This document shows, piece by piece, positions 1 through 9,484 of a stretch of DNA of 64,000 nt. The stretch is taken from contig CAWCNY010000002.1 in the NCBI GenBank assembly GCA_963797095.1, forward strand, positions 544,001 through 608,000. The letters are read 5' to 3'. The notes beneath the pieces were generated by a model. That model was not told the origin of the DNA, searched no databases, and was given only the letters and a program-made list of their open reading frames with translations. Each line of letters begins with the position of its first letter. The stretch's first letter is position 1. The position numbers and the translations under genes were made by a program. This DNA comes from an uncultured Chloroflexia bacterium. GTDB lineage: Bacteria > Chloroflexota > Chloroflexia > QHBQ01 > JADMIH01.

Positions 1-723
1 ACCCGCTATGTCGGTGTCACCCCCAAGCCCACGGCGGCCACCCTCCAGATGAATGTCCCCTATATCCAACAGGTAAACGACACTGCGGGCAGCGCCGACG
101 GTAATTGGGCCTGCGGTCCCACCTCCATAGCAATGGCCCTCGCCTACTACGGCAAGATCGAACCCTGGTCCGTCAACCAGAACGAGCGCGTAGCACGATT
201 GGCAAGCCCACCTGCCCCTACACCCACACCCACCGGGGCCGATTACGCCCCCTACATCACCACCGAATATACCTACAACGGTCACACCTACAACGCCACC
301 GCCCGCGACCCTAGCGGCAATCAGCTTGCCGGTCTCTACGGCACCATCTGCCCCACAGGCAATGCCAGTTGGCCTGTCATGGCCGATGTTCTGGCCTGGC
401 ATGGCCTCAACAGCCAGCACATCTCCATCACCTGGGATGCCATAGTAGCCGCCCTCAAGCGCGGCCACCCCGTCCTCCTGGGCAACAAACTCACTTCCGA
501 GGGCCATATCATCCTAGTCGTCGGCTATACCAGCGATGGCAACCTCATAGTGAACGATCCCTACGGCAACAAATTCGCCCCAGGCTACGGCACCAACGAT
601 GGCCAAGACGTCCTCTACCCCTGGAAGCGCATCACCCCGCGCAACGCCCTCGAAGTAATAGGCGTCTACCCACCTCCCACTGCCACACCCGTACCAACCT
701 CAACTTCCACACCCATTCCCTGA
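1..723 (+). CDS. Peptidase C39-like family protein (5'-partial; frame open from position 1)
   Basis: VPYIQQ...CGPTSIAMAL...GHIILVVGY...VNDP papain-like C39 Cys/His/Asp motifs; Pro/Thr linkers. Confidence 0.8.
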   Translation, partial: TRYVGVTPKPTAATLQMNVPYIQQVNDTAGSADGNWACGPTSIAMALAYYGKIEPWSVNQNERVARLASPPAPTPTPTGADYAPYITTEYTYNGHTYNATARDPSGNQLAGLYGTICPTGNASWPVMADVLAWHGLNSQHISITWDAIVAALKRGHPVLLGNKLTSEGHIILVVGYTSDGNLIVNDPYGNKFAPGYGTNDGQDVLYPWKRITPRNALEVIGVYPPPTATPVPTSTSTPIP

Positions 724-774
724 CCAACAATAAAGAGAATTGGCGGCTAAGCCGCCAATTCTCTTTATTGTTGG
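724..774. terminator. Perfect 24-bp-arm inverted repeat between convergent genes (bidirectional terminator / REP-like)
   Basis: CCAACAATAAAGAGAATTGGCGGC-TAA-GCCGCCAATTCTCTTTATTGTTGG. Confidence 0.75.
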
Positions 775-799
775 ACTCTTCTATGCCTCGCCAGGGCTT

Positions 800-2017
800 T
801 TAATAGTGCACCCACACAATCGTGCCGATCTTGTCCCACCCATAGAGCCATTCGGCCATCGGTGTGCTCAGGTTCACACAGCCGTGGCTGTGCGGCCTGC
901 CAAAGTCATCATGCCAGTACGTACCGTGCAATGCTTCGCCCGAAGTGTGGAAGTACTGGGGGAAAGGCACGTCCTTCAAGTCGTAATAATCCCCGTTTTC
1001 AATGCTTCCGCCCTTCATCTCCTGCGACGGCAACCTGTAATAGATCTTCCAGACCCCGATCTCCGTCCTGTTGTCCTCTTTCGTACCGTTGGGCAGTGTC
1101 TTGACCGTGCCTGTCGAGGCCAGCGTCACCTTCACGGGCGTGCCATCCTCATAAGCAGTCATGATCTGCTGGGTAATATTCACCGCGATCCATTTCCCCT
1201 TATACTTCGGCCCGTCGAACACTACCGGGGCCACCTTCCTGACCAGGCTTGAGTGTACCCACTGGGGCGCTTCAGGCGGCTCTGACACCCTGTACCAGAG
1301 CTCTCCGTTCGCATCATAAGCCGACTCGTACAATAGCACGCGCCTGCCTACTCCCCAACCCTTAATCACCTTCTGGTCGCGCCCAGGCCCACTGCGTACA
1401 TTTCCGCTGTACGCCATCTCACCCAGCCAAAGGCCAGTATAATCTCCAGGCTTGCTGGGCGTGGGAATTACACCCGTCGGCACAGGTGTGGCCGTCGCAT
1501 CGGGTGGCGCTGTGGGCACAGATGGCTCGGTGGGTGTTCCCTCAGGCACCGGCTTCCAATTACCGTCTACCACCGTCAATTCTTTGCCGCTCACATAACC
1601 GGAAGTGCCCTTGTAATCGAGCCAGTAATAACCGCCATCGTTGAACGGCCCGCCCAACACAGTTGCCTTTGAATTAGCCGGCAGCGCAGTGATCACTGCT
1701 CCGCTTGCCAACGGCTGATCTATCAGGTTTGTATCAACCGTTGCCGCTACTATGCTACCCAATGCAAATCGCGGTACATCTTGTGCGCTGGCTGTGCCTC
1801 CCCACATCCCCAGTGTCGCCATAGCCAGCATCGATACCGTTGCCATTGCCCACATTGCGCTCTTTACTTTATGCCCGATGTCGGATATTCCATTCCTGCC
1901 CGAATTCACCCTATTCTCCTTTATATGCCACCCCGAACCATTCCCAGGGTATGCGCTATCTGATGTAAACCTTGAGAGGACTACGTTTACTATTATATCG
2001 TACAATCTTTTCCACAT
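800..2017 (-). CDS. L,D-transpeptidase (YkuD) with N-terminal SH3-like domains; true start probably downstream of ORF start
   Basis: C-terminal HGTYW...SHGCVNL catalytic motif; signal-like segment ending ASAQD; NVRSGPG SH3 motif. Confidence 0.85.
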   Translation of the reverse strand: MWKRLYDIIVNVVLSRFTSDSAYPGNGSGWHIKENRVNSGRNGISDIGHKVKSAMWAMATVSMLAMATLGMWGGTASAQDVPRFALGSIVAATVDTNLIDQPLASGAVITALPANSKATVLGGPFNDGGYYWLDYKGTSGYVSGKELTVVDGNWKPVPEGTPTEPSVPTAPPDATATPVPTGVIPTPSKPGDYTGLWLGEMAYSGNVRSGPGRDQKVIKGWGVGRRVLLYESAYDANGELWYRVSEPPEAPQWVHSSLVRKVAPVVFDGPKYKGKWIAVNITQQIMTAYEDGTPVKVTLASTGTVKTLPNGTKEDNRTEIGVWKIYYRLPSQEMKGGSIENGDYYDLKDVPFPQYFHTSGEALHGTYWHDDFGRPHSHGCVNLSTPMAEWLYGWDKIGTIVWVHY

Positions 2018-2239
2018 CTAGCCTTAAGGCCATAAACATGCCCAATTTGGACCTTTCAATATTAACAACGTTGCTCGAATATAGAAAGTTTCCTTCACTT
2101 CATAACGCAACGATCTCGAACCTGCCCCGATTAAGTTGGATGCAGAATCCATGCCGACAGGTCACACAACCGCCTCCCACTTATTCAAGGTGTTATAATT
2201 GCTCTCTGTACCCATCCAGTCACACAGGAGTCGCTACGG

Positions 2240-4654
2240 TTGGCAGTTGATAACAGGCGCACATTCCTTCCCTTCTGGTCCTCCCCATACCTTCTGCGCT
2301 CCTTACCTGTGCTCCCGGTTCTGCTCGTAACCCTCCTCATGGGTCTGCTGGCCTGGCGTGCCTCCGCCGACGAAACTATCCCATTCGGCACCGAAGCCGA
2401 CACAATCTACATCACCGATGGCTTTTACGCCCCCGAACAGAGCGCGCAACTCGGCACCTACATGTGGACCGAGCCTCTAGCCCAACTCCACCTTCCCAAC
2501 TGGGGCCCAGGCCGCATACACATCATCGTTGAGGGCGTTTCCGGTGCCGCTGGTCACATCGCTCTCAAGCTAGGCTCCGCCACCCTCGCTGAAGCCGATA
2601 CCCGGCAAGGCCAGCCCTGGCAGCTACAGGGTTGGGGCGACACCAACGACCGCACCCCCGCAGTCTTTCTCGAATCTCCCCCCTACAATCCCCCAGGCGA
2701 AGGGCGCGACCTCGGCTTATTAGTGCGACGGATGGAAATCTACGCCCCTGATGCCCGCCTCCGCGCCTGGATCGCCATAGCCCTCCTCGGCCTGGTGGGC
2801 ATCCTGCTCTACTTCTTCCTCTCGCTGCGCACGGGCCGCACTCTCTTTTCTGCCCTCGTAGCCGCATCGCTCCCCGCCCTTTATGGCCCCCTCGCCGCCT
2901 TCCGTGACCCCTGGATAGAAGTAACAGCCTGGGCCGCACCCCCCATCCTCCTCCTTGCCCTGTTTGCCGCCCACCGTTTCAAAGCGCCGACAGACAACCG
3001 AGCATCCCCAAATCCGAAATCTAAAATCCGAAATCTAAAATCCCCATTGGTTCTTCTCTCCCTATCCGCTGCCCTCCTCCTCCTTTATCTCGGCTACATG
3101 AACGCATTCGACTCCGACCGCATGTACCAGGTAACAGCAGGTCTAGCCGAGTACGCCCGCCCTACCCGCTACCCAGGCTTCGACACCTGGACCAAGTACG
3201 GCTTCGGCCAGCCCTTGATCGCCGTCCCTTTCTACTTCCTCGGCAAGCTCTTCGTCCCGTTCGGCGCAGACTACGAGCCTATCACCCGCCTCACCGTCTC
3301 CTTTACCAACCTCATCGTCACCGCCCTGACCCTCATCCTCCTATACAAAGCCGCCCGCCGCCTCGCCTCAGTGAATATGTCTCTGGCCGTTTCTGCTACC
3401 TATCTTCTGGCAGCTCCTGCTCTCAACTATGGCCGCACCTTCTTCTCCGAGCCTGCGGGTGGCCTCCTCCTTCTAGCCGCCATCCTACTAATCCTGCCGG
3501 AAAGGCTAATCCTGCCGGAAAGGCTAATCCTGCCGGAAAGGCGAACAACCAGCGACGAACTCCGCACCACCCCACTACAACCCAAACGCGCCCTGCTGGC
3601 CGGACTCTGCCTTGGCGCAATGATCCTCTTCAAACCCGCCTTCGCCATCTACTGGCTTCCCGTCGGTGTGGCAGTCCTCTGGCTCTCCCTACGAAAGACG
3701 AACGACGAAAGACGAACGACGAATAATGACATAAGCAATACGCAGTACGCAGTACGCAATAAACCATCGTCCATCCCTCGTCGTTCGTCTTTCGTCCTAA
3801 CTCTATCCTCCTTCGCCGCCGGTCCTCTACTCGCCCTCATAGTCCAGGGCTGGTACAACTATCTCCGCTATTCTCCTCTCCCCGACGCCCTCTTTCGTAC
3901 CGGCTACGAGAAAGAGGCGGGCTTCAGCACCCCCATCCTGGAAGGTCTTGGCGGTCTTCTGTTCAGTCCCGGCAAAAGCATCTTCCTCTACGCCCCGGTA
4001 GTCCTGCTGGCCCCCATCGGCCTCTGGCTGATGTTTCGGCGCTCAGGTAGCCCCGGCAGGCTAATCTCCCTTCTCATAATTTCCGAAGTAGCTCTAGGCT
4101 TCATATTCAATGCCCTCTGGTGGGCCTGGACGGGCAACTTCGCCTGGGGCCCACGCCTGGTAATGCCCATCCTCCCCCTCCTGATATGGCCTCTCGCCTC
4201 CCTTATACCTGCACCTCACTCCAAACAACCCCAAACCACTACCACCCTATCACCCACCAACCACCAACAGCCTTCCACTAACCTCCGACTACCAGCTACC
4301 GGCTACCGGCTACCAGTAACCCTCCCCTGGCTCCTCCTAGGCATCCTGGGTGCAATAGTCAACATTCCAGGCGCGATGGTAGACTTTCAAGTCTACTTCC
4401 GCAACTACGGCCTCCTCTTAGCGGGCGACCCCGGCGAAGCCATCACCCTCTATGACCCCGCCAACTCCCCCCTCCTGGTCGAGCCGCGCTACCTCCTCGA
4501 TGGCCTCACCGCCGCTGTCTACCGCCCATCCCTCGCCTCAGTAGGTATGCCCCCCATCTGGGACATCCTGATCCCCATCTCCCTGGTAGCCATAGCACTG
4601 CTGGCCATCTGGTTCGCTACCATCCCTAACCATGCCCCTGAAGACCGGCTGTAG
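2240..4654 (+). CDS. Polytopic membrane protein, GT-C (lipid-carrier-dependent) glycosyltransferase-like, with repeat-derived loop insertions
   Basis: Many TM segments; KYGFGQP, FFSEP, GLLFSPGKSIFLYAP, WGPRL motifs. Confidence 0.65.
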   Translation: MAVDNRRTFLPFWSSPYLLRSLPVLPVLLVTLLMGLLAWRASADETIPFGTEADTIYITDGFYAPEQSAQLGTYMWTEPLAQLHLPNWGPGRIHIIVEGVSGAAGHIALKLGSATLAEADTRQGQPWQLQGWGDTNDRTPAVFLESPPYNPPGEGRDLGLLVRRMEIYAPDARLRAWIAIALLGLVGILLYFFLSLRTGRTLFSALVAASLPALYGPLAAFRDPWIEVTAWAAPPILLLALFAAHRFKAPTDNRASPNPKSKIRNLKSPLVLLSLSAALLLLYLGYMNAFDSDRMYQVTAGLAEYARPTRYPGFDTWTKYGFGQPLIAVPFYFLGKLFVPFGADYEPITRLTVSFTNLIVTALTLILLYKAARRLASVNMSLAVSATYLLAAPALNYGRTFFSEPAGGLLLLAAILLILPERLILPERLILPERRTTSDELRTTPLQPKRALLAGLCLGAMILFKPAFAIYWLPVGVAVLWLSLRKTNDERRTTNNDISNTQYAVRNKPSSIPRRSSFVLTLSSFAAGPLLALIVQGWYNYLRYSPLPDALFRTGYEKEAGFSTPILEGLGGLLFSPGKSIFLYAPVVLLAPIGLWLMFRRSGSPGRLISLLIISEVALGFIFNALWWAWTGNFAWGPRLVMPILPLLIWPLASLIPAPHSKQPQTTTTLSPTNHQQPSTNLRLPATGYRLPVTLPWLLLGILGAIVNIPGAMVDFQVYFRNYGLLLAGDPGEAITLYDPANSPLLVEPRYLLDGLTAAVYRPSLASVGMPPIWDILIPISLVAIALLAIWFATIPNHAPEDRL
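3488..3541 (+). repeat. 18-bp perfect tandem repeat x3 (LILPER x3), in frame
   Basis: CTAATCCTGCCGGAAAGG x3. Confidence 0.95.
3692..3797 (+). repeat. In-frame composite heptamer array (CGAA[A/C]GA, [A/G]TACGCA, then inverted TCGT-type units)
   Basis: cgaaaga cgaacga cgaaaga cgaacga...atacgca gtacgca gtacgca...tcgtcca tccctcg tcgttcg. Confidence 0.85.
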
Positions 4655-4806
4655 AGGCGAGGCAGGCTTAACGCCCTCTTTGGTCATGAACCATCTCATG
4701 CAACTCACCCTGAATCAAGGATGTCGATCACGCTATCCGTCTTGATTGTGTTGGCCCTCAAAAGCGTGCTATACTGCTGTTAATCTAGCTGAAAGGAATC
4801 TGTCCT

Positions 4807-6036
4807 ATGCGCAGAGTGTTCGCCCGTGTTCTCACTTGCCTGCTACTTCTCCCCGTGCTGGTATCCTTCATTTCGTCATCTTCCACCAAAGCACAATCCG
4901 ACGCGCGTACCTTCCCCGAAACAGGCAAAACCGTGCAGGGACGCTTCCTCCAGTATTGGGACACCCACGGCGGCCTCGCCCAGCAGGGCTATCCCATCTC
5001 CGAAGAGCTACAGGAAAAATCCGACACCGACGGCAAGACCTACACAGTCCAGTATTTCGAGCGCGCCGTCTTCGAGTATCACCCTGAGAACCCCATCCCC
5101 AACGATCTGCTCCTATCCCTGCTCGGCGTCTTCCTCTATACCCAGAAATACCCCGGTGGCGCCCCCAACCAGCAGGCCAACACTACCTCAGGCTCCCAGC
5201 TATTCAATGAAACAGGCAAGCACGTTGGCGGCGATTTCCTCCAATACTGGCAAACCCACGGCGGTCTAGCCCAGCAAGGCTACCCCATCTCCGAAGAATT
5301 CACCGAGGTCTCGGACCTCGATGGCAAGACCTACACAGTCCAATACTTCGAGCGCGCCGTTTTCGAAAAGCACCCCGAAAACGCCCAGCCCTTCAACGTC
5401 CTCCTATCTCAACTCGGCACCTTCCGCTATCGCGCGCTCTACCCTGCCGGGCCTTCCCCCATCATCCCCACGCCCGTAGCGGGCTGTTCCTCCCATCTGG
5501 CCCCCGGCACGTGGGCCGGCCCGTATGACTGGAGTTTCACCCTCACCTCCGATAACGGGTTGACGGGCAACGGCTCTCTTAGCGCCGATCTCTCCCTTGA
5601 CATAGCCTGCGACGGCACCTTCACAGGCACCGCCACCGCCACAAAATACAACGCCCAGGCCCACCTGGCAAGCGTGCAGGTGCTCACCTGCTCGATGACT
5701 ACTCCCCCCATAGCCGATTTCATGGGCCGCGTGGTTGTCCAGCCCTCCGGTCTGCACCTCCTCATAACCGGCGGGACCTGGCGTCAGGGCGCTACCGTCT
5801 GCAAAAGCTCCCTCTCCGCACCCCAAACCCAGGACCTTACGGGCTTCTCCGTCGCCCCCCTCGATGTCCAGATTGAAACCATATCAGAGAACAAAATAAC
5901 AGGCAGCCAGCTACTCTCCGACCCCGCCCTCAACATAATCAAAGAGAAAATAGCCTCCTTCTTCCCCAACGCCAACGTGACCATAACCACCCAGGGCCAT
6001 TGGGAGCTAACCTACAACCCCACGAACACTCCCTAG
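4807..6036 (+). CDS. Secreted protein with two Chloroflexi-type (LGFP-like) repeats and an unknown C-terminal domain
   Basis: Signal peptide; duplicated F.ETG..V.G.FL.YW..HGGLAQQGYPISEE...YTVQYFERAVFE.HPEN. Confidence 0.8.
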   Translation: MRRVFARVLTCLLLLPVLVSFISSSSTKAQSDARTFPETGKTVQGRFLQYWDTHGGLAQQGYPISEELQEKSDTDGKTYTVQYFERAVFEYHPENPIPNDLLLSLLGVFLYTQKYPGGAPNQQANTTSGSQLFNETGKHVGGDFLQYWQTHGGLAQQGYPISEEFTEVSDLDGKTYTVQYFERAVFEKHPENAQPFNVLLSQLGTFRYRALYPAGPSPIIPTPVAGCSSHLAPGTWAGPYDWSFTLTSDNGLTGNGSLSADLSLDIACDGTFTGTATATKYNAQAHLASVQVLTCSMTTPPIADFMGRVVVQPSGLHLLITGGTWRQGATVCKSSLSAPQTQDLTGFSVAPLDVQIETISENKITGSQLLSDPALNIIKEKIASFFPNANVTITTQGHWELTYNPTNTP

Positions 6037-6178
6037 ATTATTGCCTGGTATTTGACGGATGTTTTAGCTTATGATTTAACCGTCACGAAACCGGCAAGAG
6101 CTTGATCGACTTTTGCCGATACCTTAACAACCAACTACCAAACGCTCAAATTGCCACCGATGGCCCGCTCATGTACGC

Positions 6179-7791
6179 TCATGCAGCCTTTTTGATGGCT
6201 GGATAGCGTCGAGCGGGCCCTGAACGTCGTCCCTTGGGTCTGCCAGGCGAGCGTCCACACGGTTTTGGCAACTTCGCCGGAGTACCCACCTCTAGCAGAA
6301 GTGTCCAAAACCTCCGCCTCACTCGGTAAGGAGTCAGCTTGCCTGCCTCAAGTGGTCTCTCCCAGGGCAGACGTTGGTCAGTCACGCAGCTTCTGGCAAG
6401 ACGCAGTTGAGTGTAAGCGGCGATAATAAGCCAGCTCCAACGGTCGGCTTGCTGAGGTAGTCGAACGCGAGGCACCGTCCAGTTGAGGGTTTGTTTGATG
6501 AAGCGGAAGGTGTGTTCCAAGATGAAGATGAAGCGGAAGGTGTGTTCCAAGATGAAGATGAAGCGGAAGGTGTGTTCCAAGATGAAGATGAAGCGAAGGT
6601 GTGTTCCAAGACGAAGCGTCTGACATAGGAACGCCAGAGCATATCTAACAGATCCAAGCCTGGCTCATTTGCGTCAGGGCCTGAGTACCACAACCAAAGC
6701 ACCTGTGGCTCTCGCGTCTTTCTGGGCAGCCGAGAGACTTCAACCAGCACCAACATGCCCTTAGATATAGGTCGGGGTTGGCGGGGTTGGCGGGGTTGGC
6801 GGGTGCCATGAGTGGGGTGGTTTTGGGTCTTGGGGTGCAAGCCACACCACGCTCGCACCCTCACACTTCCGTATTGACTATCCTCGCATCAATGCTCAAG
6901 GGTGGGAGTGGGCCAGGTGGCCGGGTTGTAGCACTCGAACTTGCGACCATGCCGACGTGGGCGACCACCCAAAGTGCCCCGTCCAGTGCCACACTCAGCA
7001 GGGGAAAGGGGGTCTGCATAGAAGCAACGACCACAGCGCAACCTAACCAGGATAGAAACAGAAGCCGCCAAGTCAGGGTTATCAGAGTTGGCAAGCTCTT
7101 CAGCCAGTTGCACCGGATCGTACCCGGCATCAAATGCGAATAGAGGTGTTAGAGCGGTTGGAGAGGCAGCTTGTTGATCTGTGTCCAGCTCCGGACCGAG
7201 CGAAGCAAGCATTTGCCCGATCTGCTGTACAGCAACCACGTGGAGGTTCTCATTGGGGTGAACACGACGCACATCGAGAGGCGCAGTCCAGCTATCGCGG
7301 GTAAAACCGAGCTGAGCGATCCATTGATAAGCCCAACCAGCCACGATGGGCTGACCGGCCGAGTGGCGAGAGGGGTGGTAGTAGAAGCCTCGATCTGGGC
7401 TTGCTTCGGCATCACACCGCGGCCATACGCTGACATCTACTGCGTAGACTGTTCTAGAGTTTGAGTTATCCATGTCCAAAGGGTGCAGTGGGTGCTCAGC
7501 AAGCAGGGTTCTGAGGCGATCAACATCGATTTGACCTTCGGAGAGGGCCGCGTACAGGCTACCCCAGCCCCGCCGATGCACTGGCTCAAGGCTCAGTTGC
7601 ACCGGAGATGGCAGAGGCCCGCCCGTTATGATAGCATCGGTAAGCTCAAACAGAGCATCGGCTCGTTTGGAAAAACAAGCATAGAGGGAAGCGCGAAATG
7701 TAGCCAAAGCATCAAGAGAGTACAGAGCGTTGGATTCCATAGCGAATCCAGTACGCTCCCTCTCTCGCAAAATGACCACCTTACCTGCCAA
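6179..7791 (-). pseudogene. DDE transposase pseudogene (in-frame TGA at 6889-6891, frameshift near 6595, tandem duplications)
   Basis: ALFELTDA, VDVSVWPR, FDAGYD, RRF.LEHTFRF.KQTL.W motifs split over three ORFs. Confidence 0.85.
6497..6616. repeat. 30-bp tandem repeat x4 (one copy lacks a base, causing a frameshift)
   Basis: GATGAAGCGGAAGGTGTGTTCCAAGATGAA units. Confidence 0.95.
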
Positions 7792-7873
7792 TTGCCACCC
7801 TCCTGGTTAAATCATAAGCTTAGGGCCGGGTGCTCAGATCACACCCGGCCCATGAATGATCCTATTTACACGC

Positions 7874-9469
7874 TTAGATCATATCGTCCGATATTACCCC
7901 TATCGGCTCTGCCAATACCTGTGGTAGAACCTTCGCCTTCTTGTCACCGGCAGTTCTGCTATTCAACAGGAAGATAATCGGAAGAACACCTTGAAGCGCA
8001 GCAATTGCAATCAGGATCAACCCTGAATTCTCGCGCTGGCTCAGGAACAAATACAATATCCCACCGGTGAGTACTAAGGGCGATAGAACCTGTGGCATCA
8101 GCCACAACGGATTCAGCGTCCCATCATGGCTCTTGGGAGTCGGACGGAAAGCCAGTGGCACTCTCAGCATCGCCATTATCCACGCGAGCAAATATATAGG
8201 CCATGTAGCATACATCAGCACCATAGCTCTCCATAACAAGCTTGCCTCCGCTGCTCGGTGTCTCCATGTTAGGAATGCCGCTTGCCTGACCAGCAACACC
8301 GAAATCGCCAAAGGGATGGCATGCAGCAGGTAGTTCTCCCACGCTATGTGTACTACACGATTCCCCCCGACCAGCACAGCGACCGTGAAAAACAGGTGTA
8401 GTGCTGCCACCGGACCGACCCAGTAGAAAGTGGAGCGTACCATATACGAAAGTCGCTGCCCCCATGTGAGCTTCCGGAACAGGCGAGGGTAAGCCTTTAT
8501 CAACACCTCGAACACCCCTCGTGCCCATTTTAGCTGCTGTGTGAACCACGCAAGCATCGTCGCCGGGGCCAGTCCAGGCGCGAGAGGCTCGGCCACATAC
8601 ACCGATTTCCACCCGGCCGCGTGTAATCTAATAGATGTCGCGAGGTCTTCGGCCAGCCCCGGTCTATATCCTCCGATCAATTCCAGGGCGCTTCGCCTGA
8701 TGAGGGCGTTGCTTCCCACAAGTGTGGCGCTCCCTATCCCATCCATTCCCATCGATGTCGGGTTATAATAATCGAGTGTGCTTTCCCCTGCGGCCCGTGC
8801 CACCCAACTCTCATCCCGGTTGCAGAAAGTAAGCATCACCTGCACAAACCCCACCTTCGGGTCGGCAAAATAACCGAGTGTGCGCTCCAGGAATTCAGGC
8901 ACCGGTGCGTGATCTATATCAAAGATCACCACGATCTCTCCATCTGTCCGCGCGAGGGCCGCGTTCACGTTCCCGGCTTTAGCGTCCTTGCGATCTGTGC
9001 GCGTCAAATACCCGGCCCCCAACCGCCTCGCCATTACTTCCAGTGCAGCGTCTTCCCCATCGTCCAGCAGCCAGGTCCGGTGCTCGCCTCGCATCGCACA
9101 GGCCGCCGCCAGTGCGCGCTCGATCAGACTATGTTCCTCCTTATACGCTGTCACAAAAACATCCACCGTTGGGGCTTTTCTCAACCTCGGTGGTCCTGTG
9201 CGCCGCTTAGCCCCCAGGTACAGTACCCAGTTGCCGACCAGTTGAGCCAGGTTGTATACCGCCGCAACCATCAGCGCCAGAGCCAGCCAGGGAGAAGTAA
9301 TACGTCCACCAACTTGCCACCAGCTAAAATAGTAAATGAGTGCAAATAGACCAAGCGTCACCAGTATCCTGATGGCCCATATACCTGCCTGCTCGCTCCG
9401 TTCTTCCGCCCTCTCCTTGCTGGCGATAGCAGGCTTTATCCCGGTCTGTCTACCAATCTCTATCTTCAT
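7874..9469 (-). CDS. Processive GT2 glycosyltransferase, cellulose synthase catalytic subunit-like (no PilZ domain seen)
   Basis: DDG, KAGNVN, FDIDH, AEDL, QQLKWARG (D,D,D,QxxRW variant); flanking TM helices. Confidence 0.85.
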   Translation of the reverse strand: MKIEIGRQTGIKPAIASKERAEERSEQAGIWAIRILVTLGLFALIYYFSWWQVGGRITSPWLALALMVAAVYNLAQLVGNWVLYLGAKRRTGPPRLRKAPTVDVFVTAYKEEHSLIERALAAACAMRGEHRTWLLDDGEDAALEVMARRLGAGYLTRTDRKDAKAGNVNAALARTDGEIVVIFDIDHAPVPEFLERTLGYFADPKVGFVQVMLTFCNRDESWVARAAGESTLDYYNPTSMGMDGIGSATLVGSNALIRRSALELIGGYRPGLAEDLATSIRLHAAGWKSVYVAEPLAPGLAPATMLAWFTQQLKWARGVFEVLIKAYPRLFRKLTWGQRLSYMVRSTFYWVGPVAALHLFFTVAVLVGGNRVVHIAWENYLLHAIPLAISVLLVRQAAFLTWRHRAAEASLLWRAMVLMYATWPIYLLAWIMAMLRVPLAFRPTPKSHDGTLNPLWLMPQVLSPLVLTGGILYLFLSQRENSGLILIAIAALQGVLPIIFLLNSRTAGDKKAKVLPQVLAEPIGVISDDMI

Positions 9470-9484
9470 AATATACGCCCCATT

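Larger units (their letters stand above)
6067..7819 (-). mobile_element. IS element (IS701/IS4-like DDE, NF041680-type) with perfect 15-bp TIRs and TTA target duplication
   Basis: TIRs GCTTATGATTTAACC (6067-6081) / GGTTAAATCATAAGC (7805-7819); TTA at 6064-6066 and 7820-7822. Confidence 0.85.

Noticed and set aside
6497-6616. 30-bp repeats as a CRISPR array
   Set aside because: Units are contiguous with no spacers and duplicate transposase coding sequence; no cas genes
6889-6891. In-frame TGA in the transposase as a second selenocysteine
   Set aside because: No evident conserved Cys context or SECIS-like hairpin, and the gene also has a downstream frameshift; simple nonsense mutation is likelier
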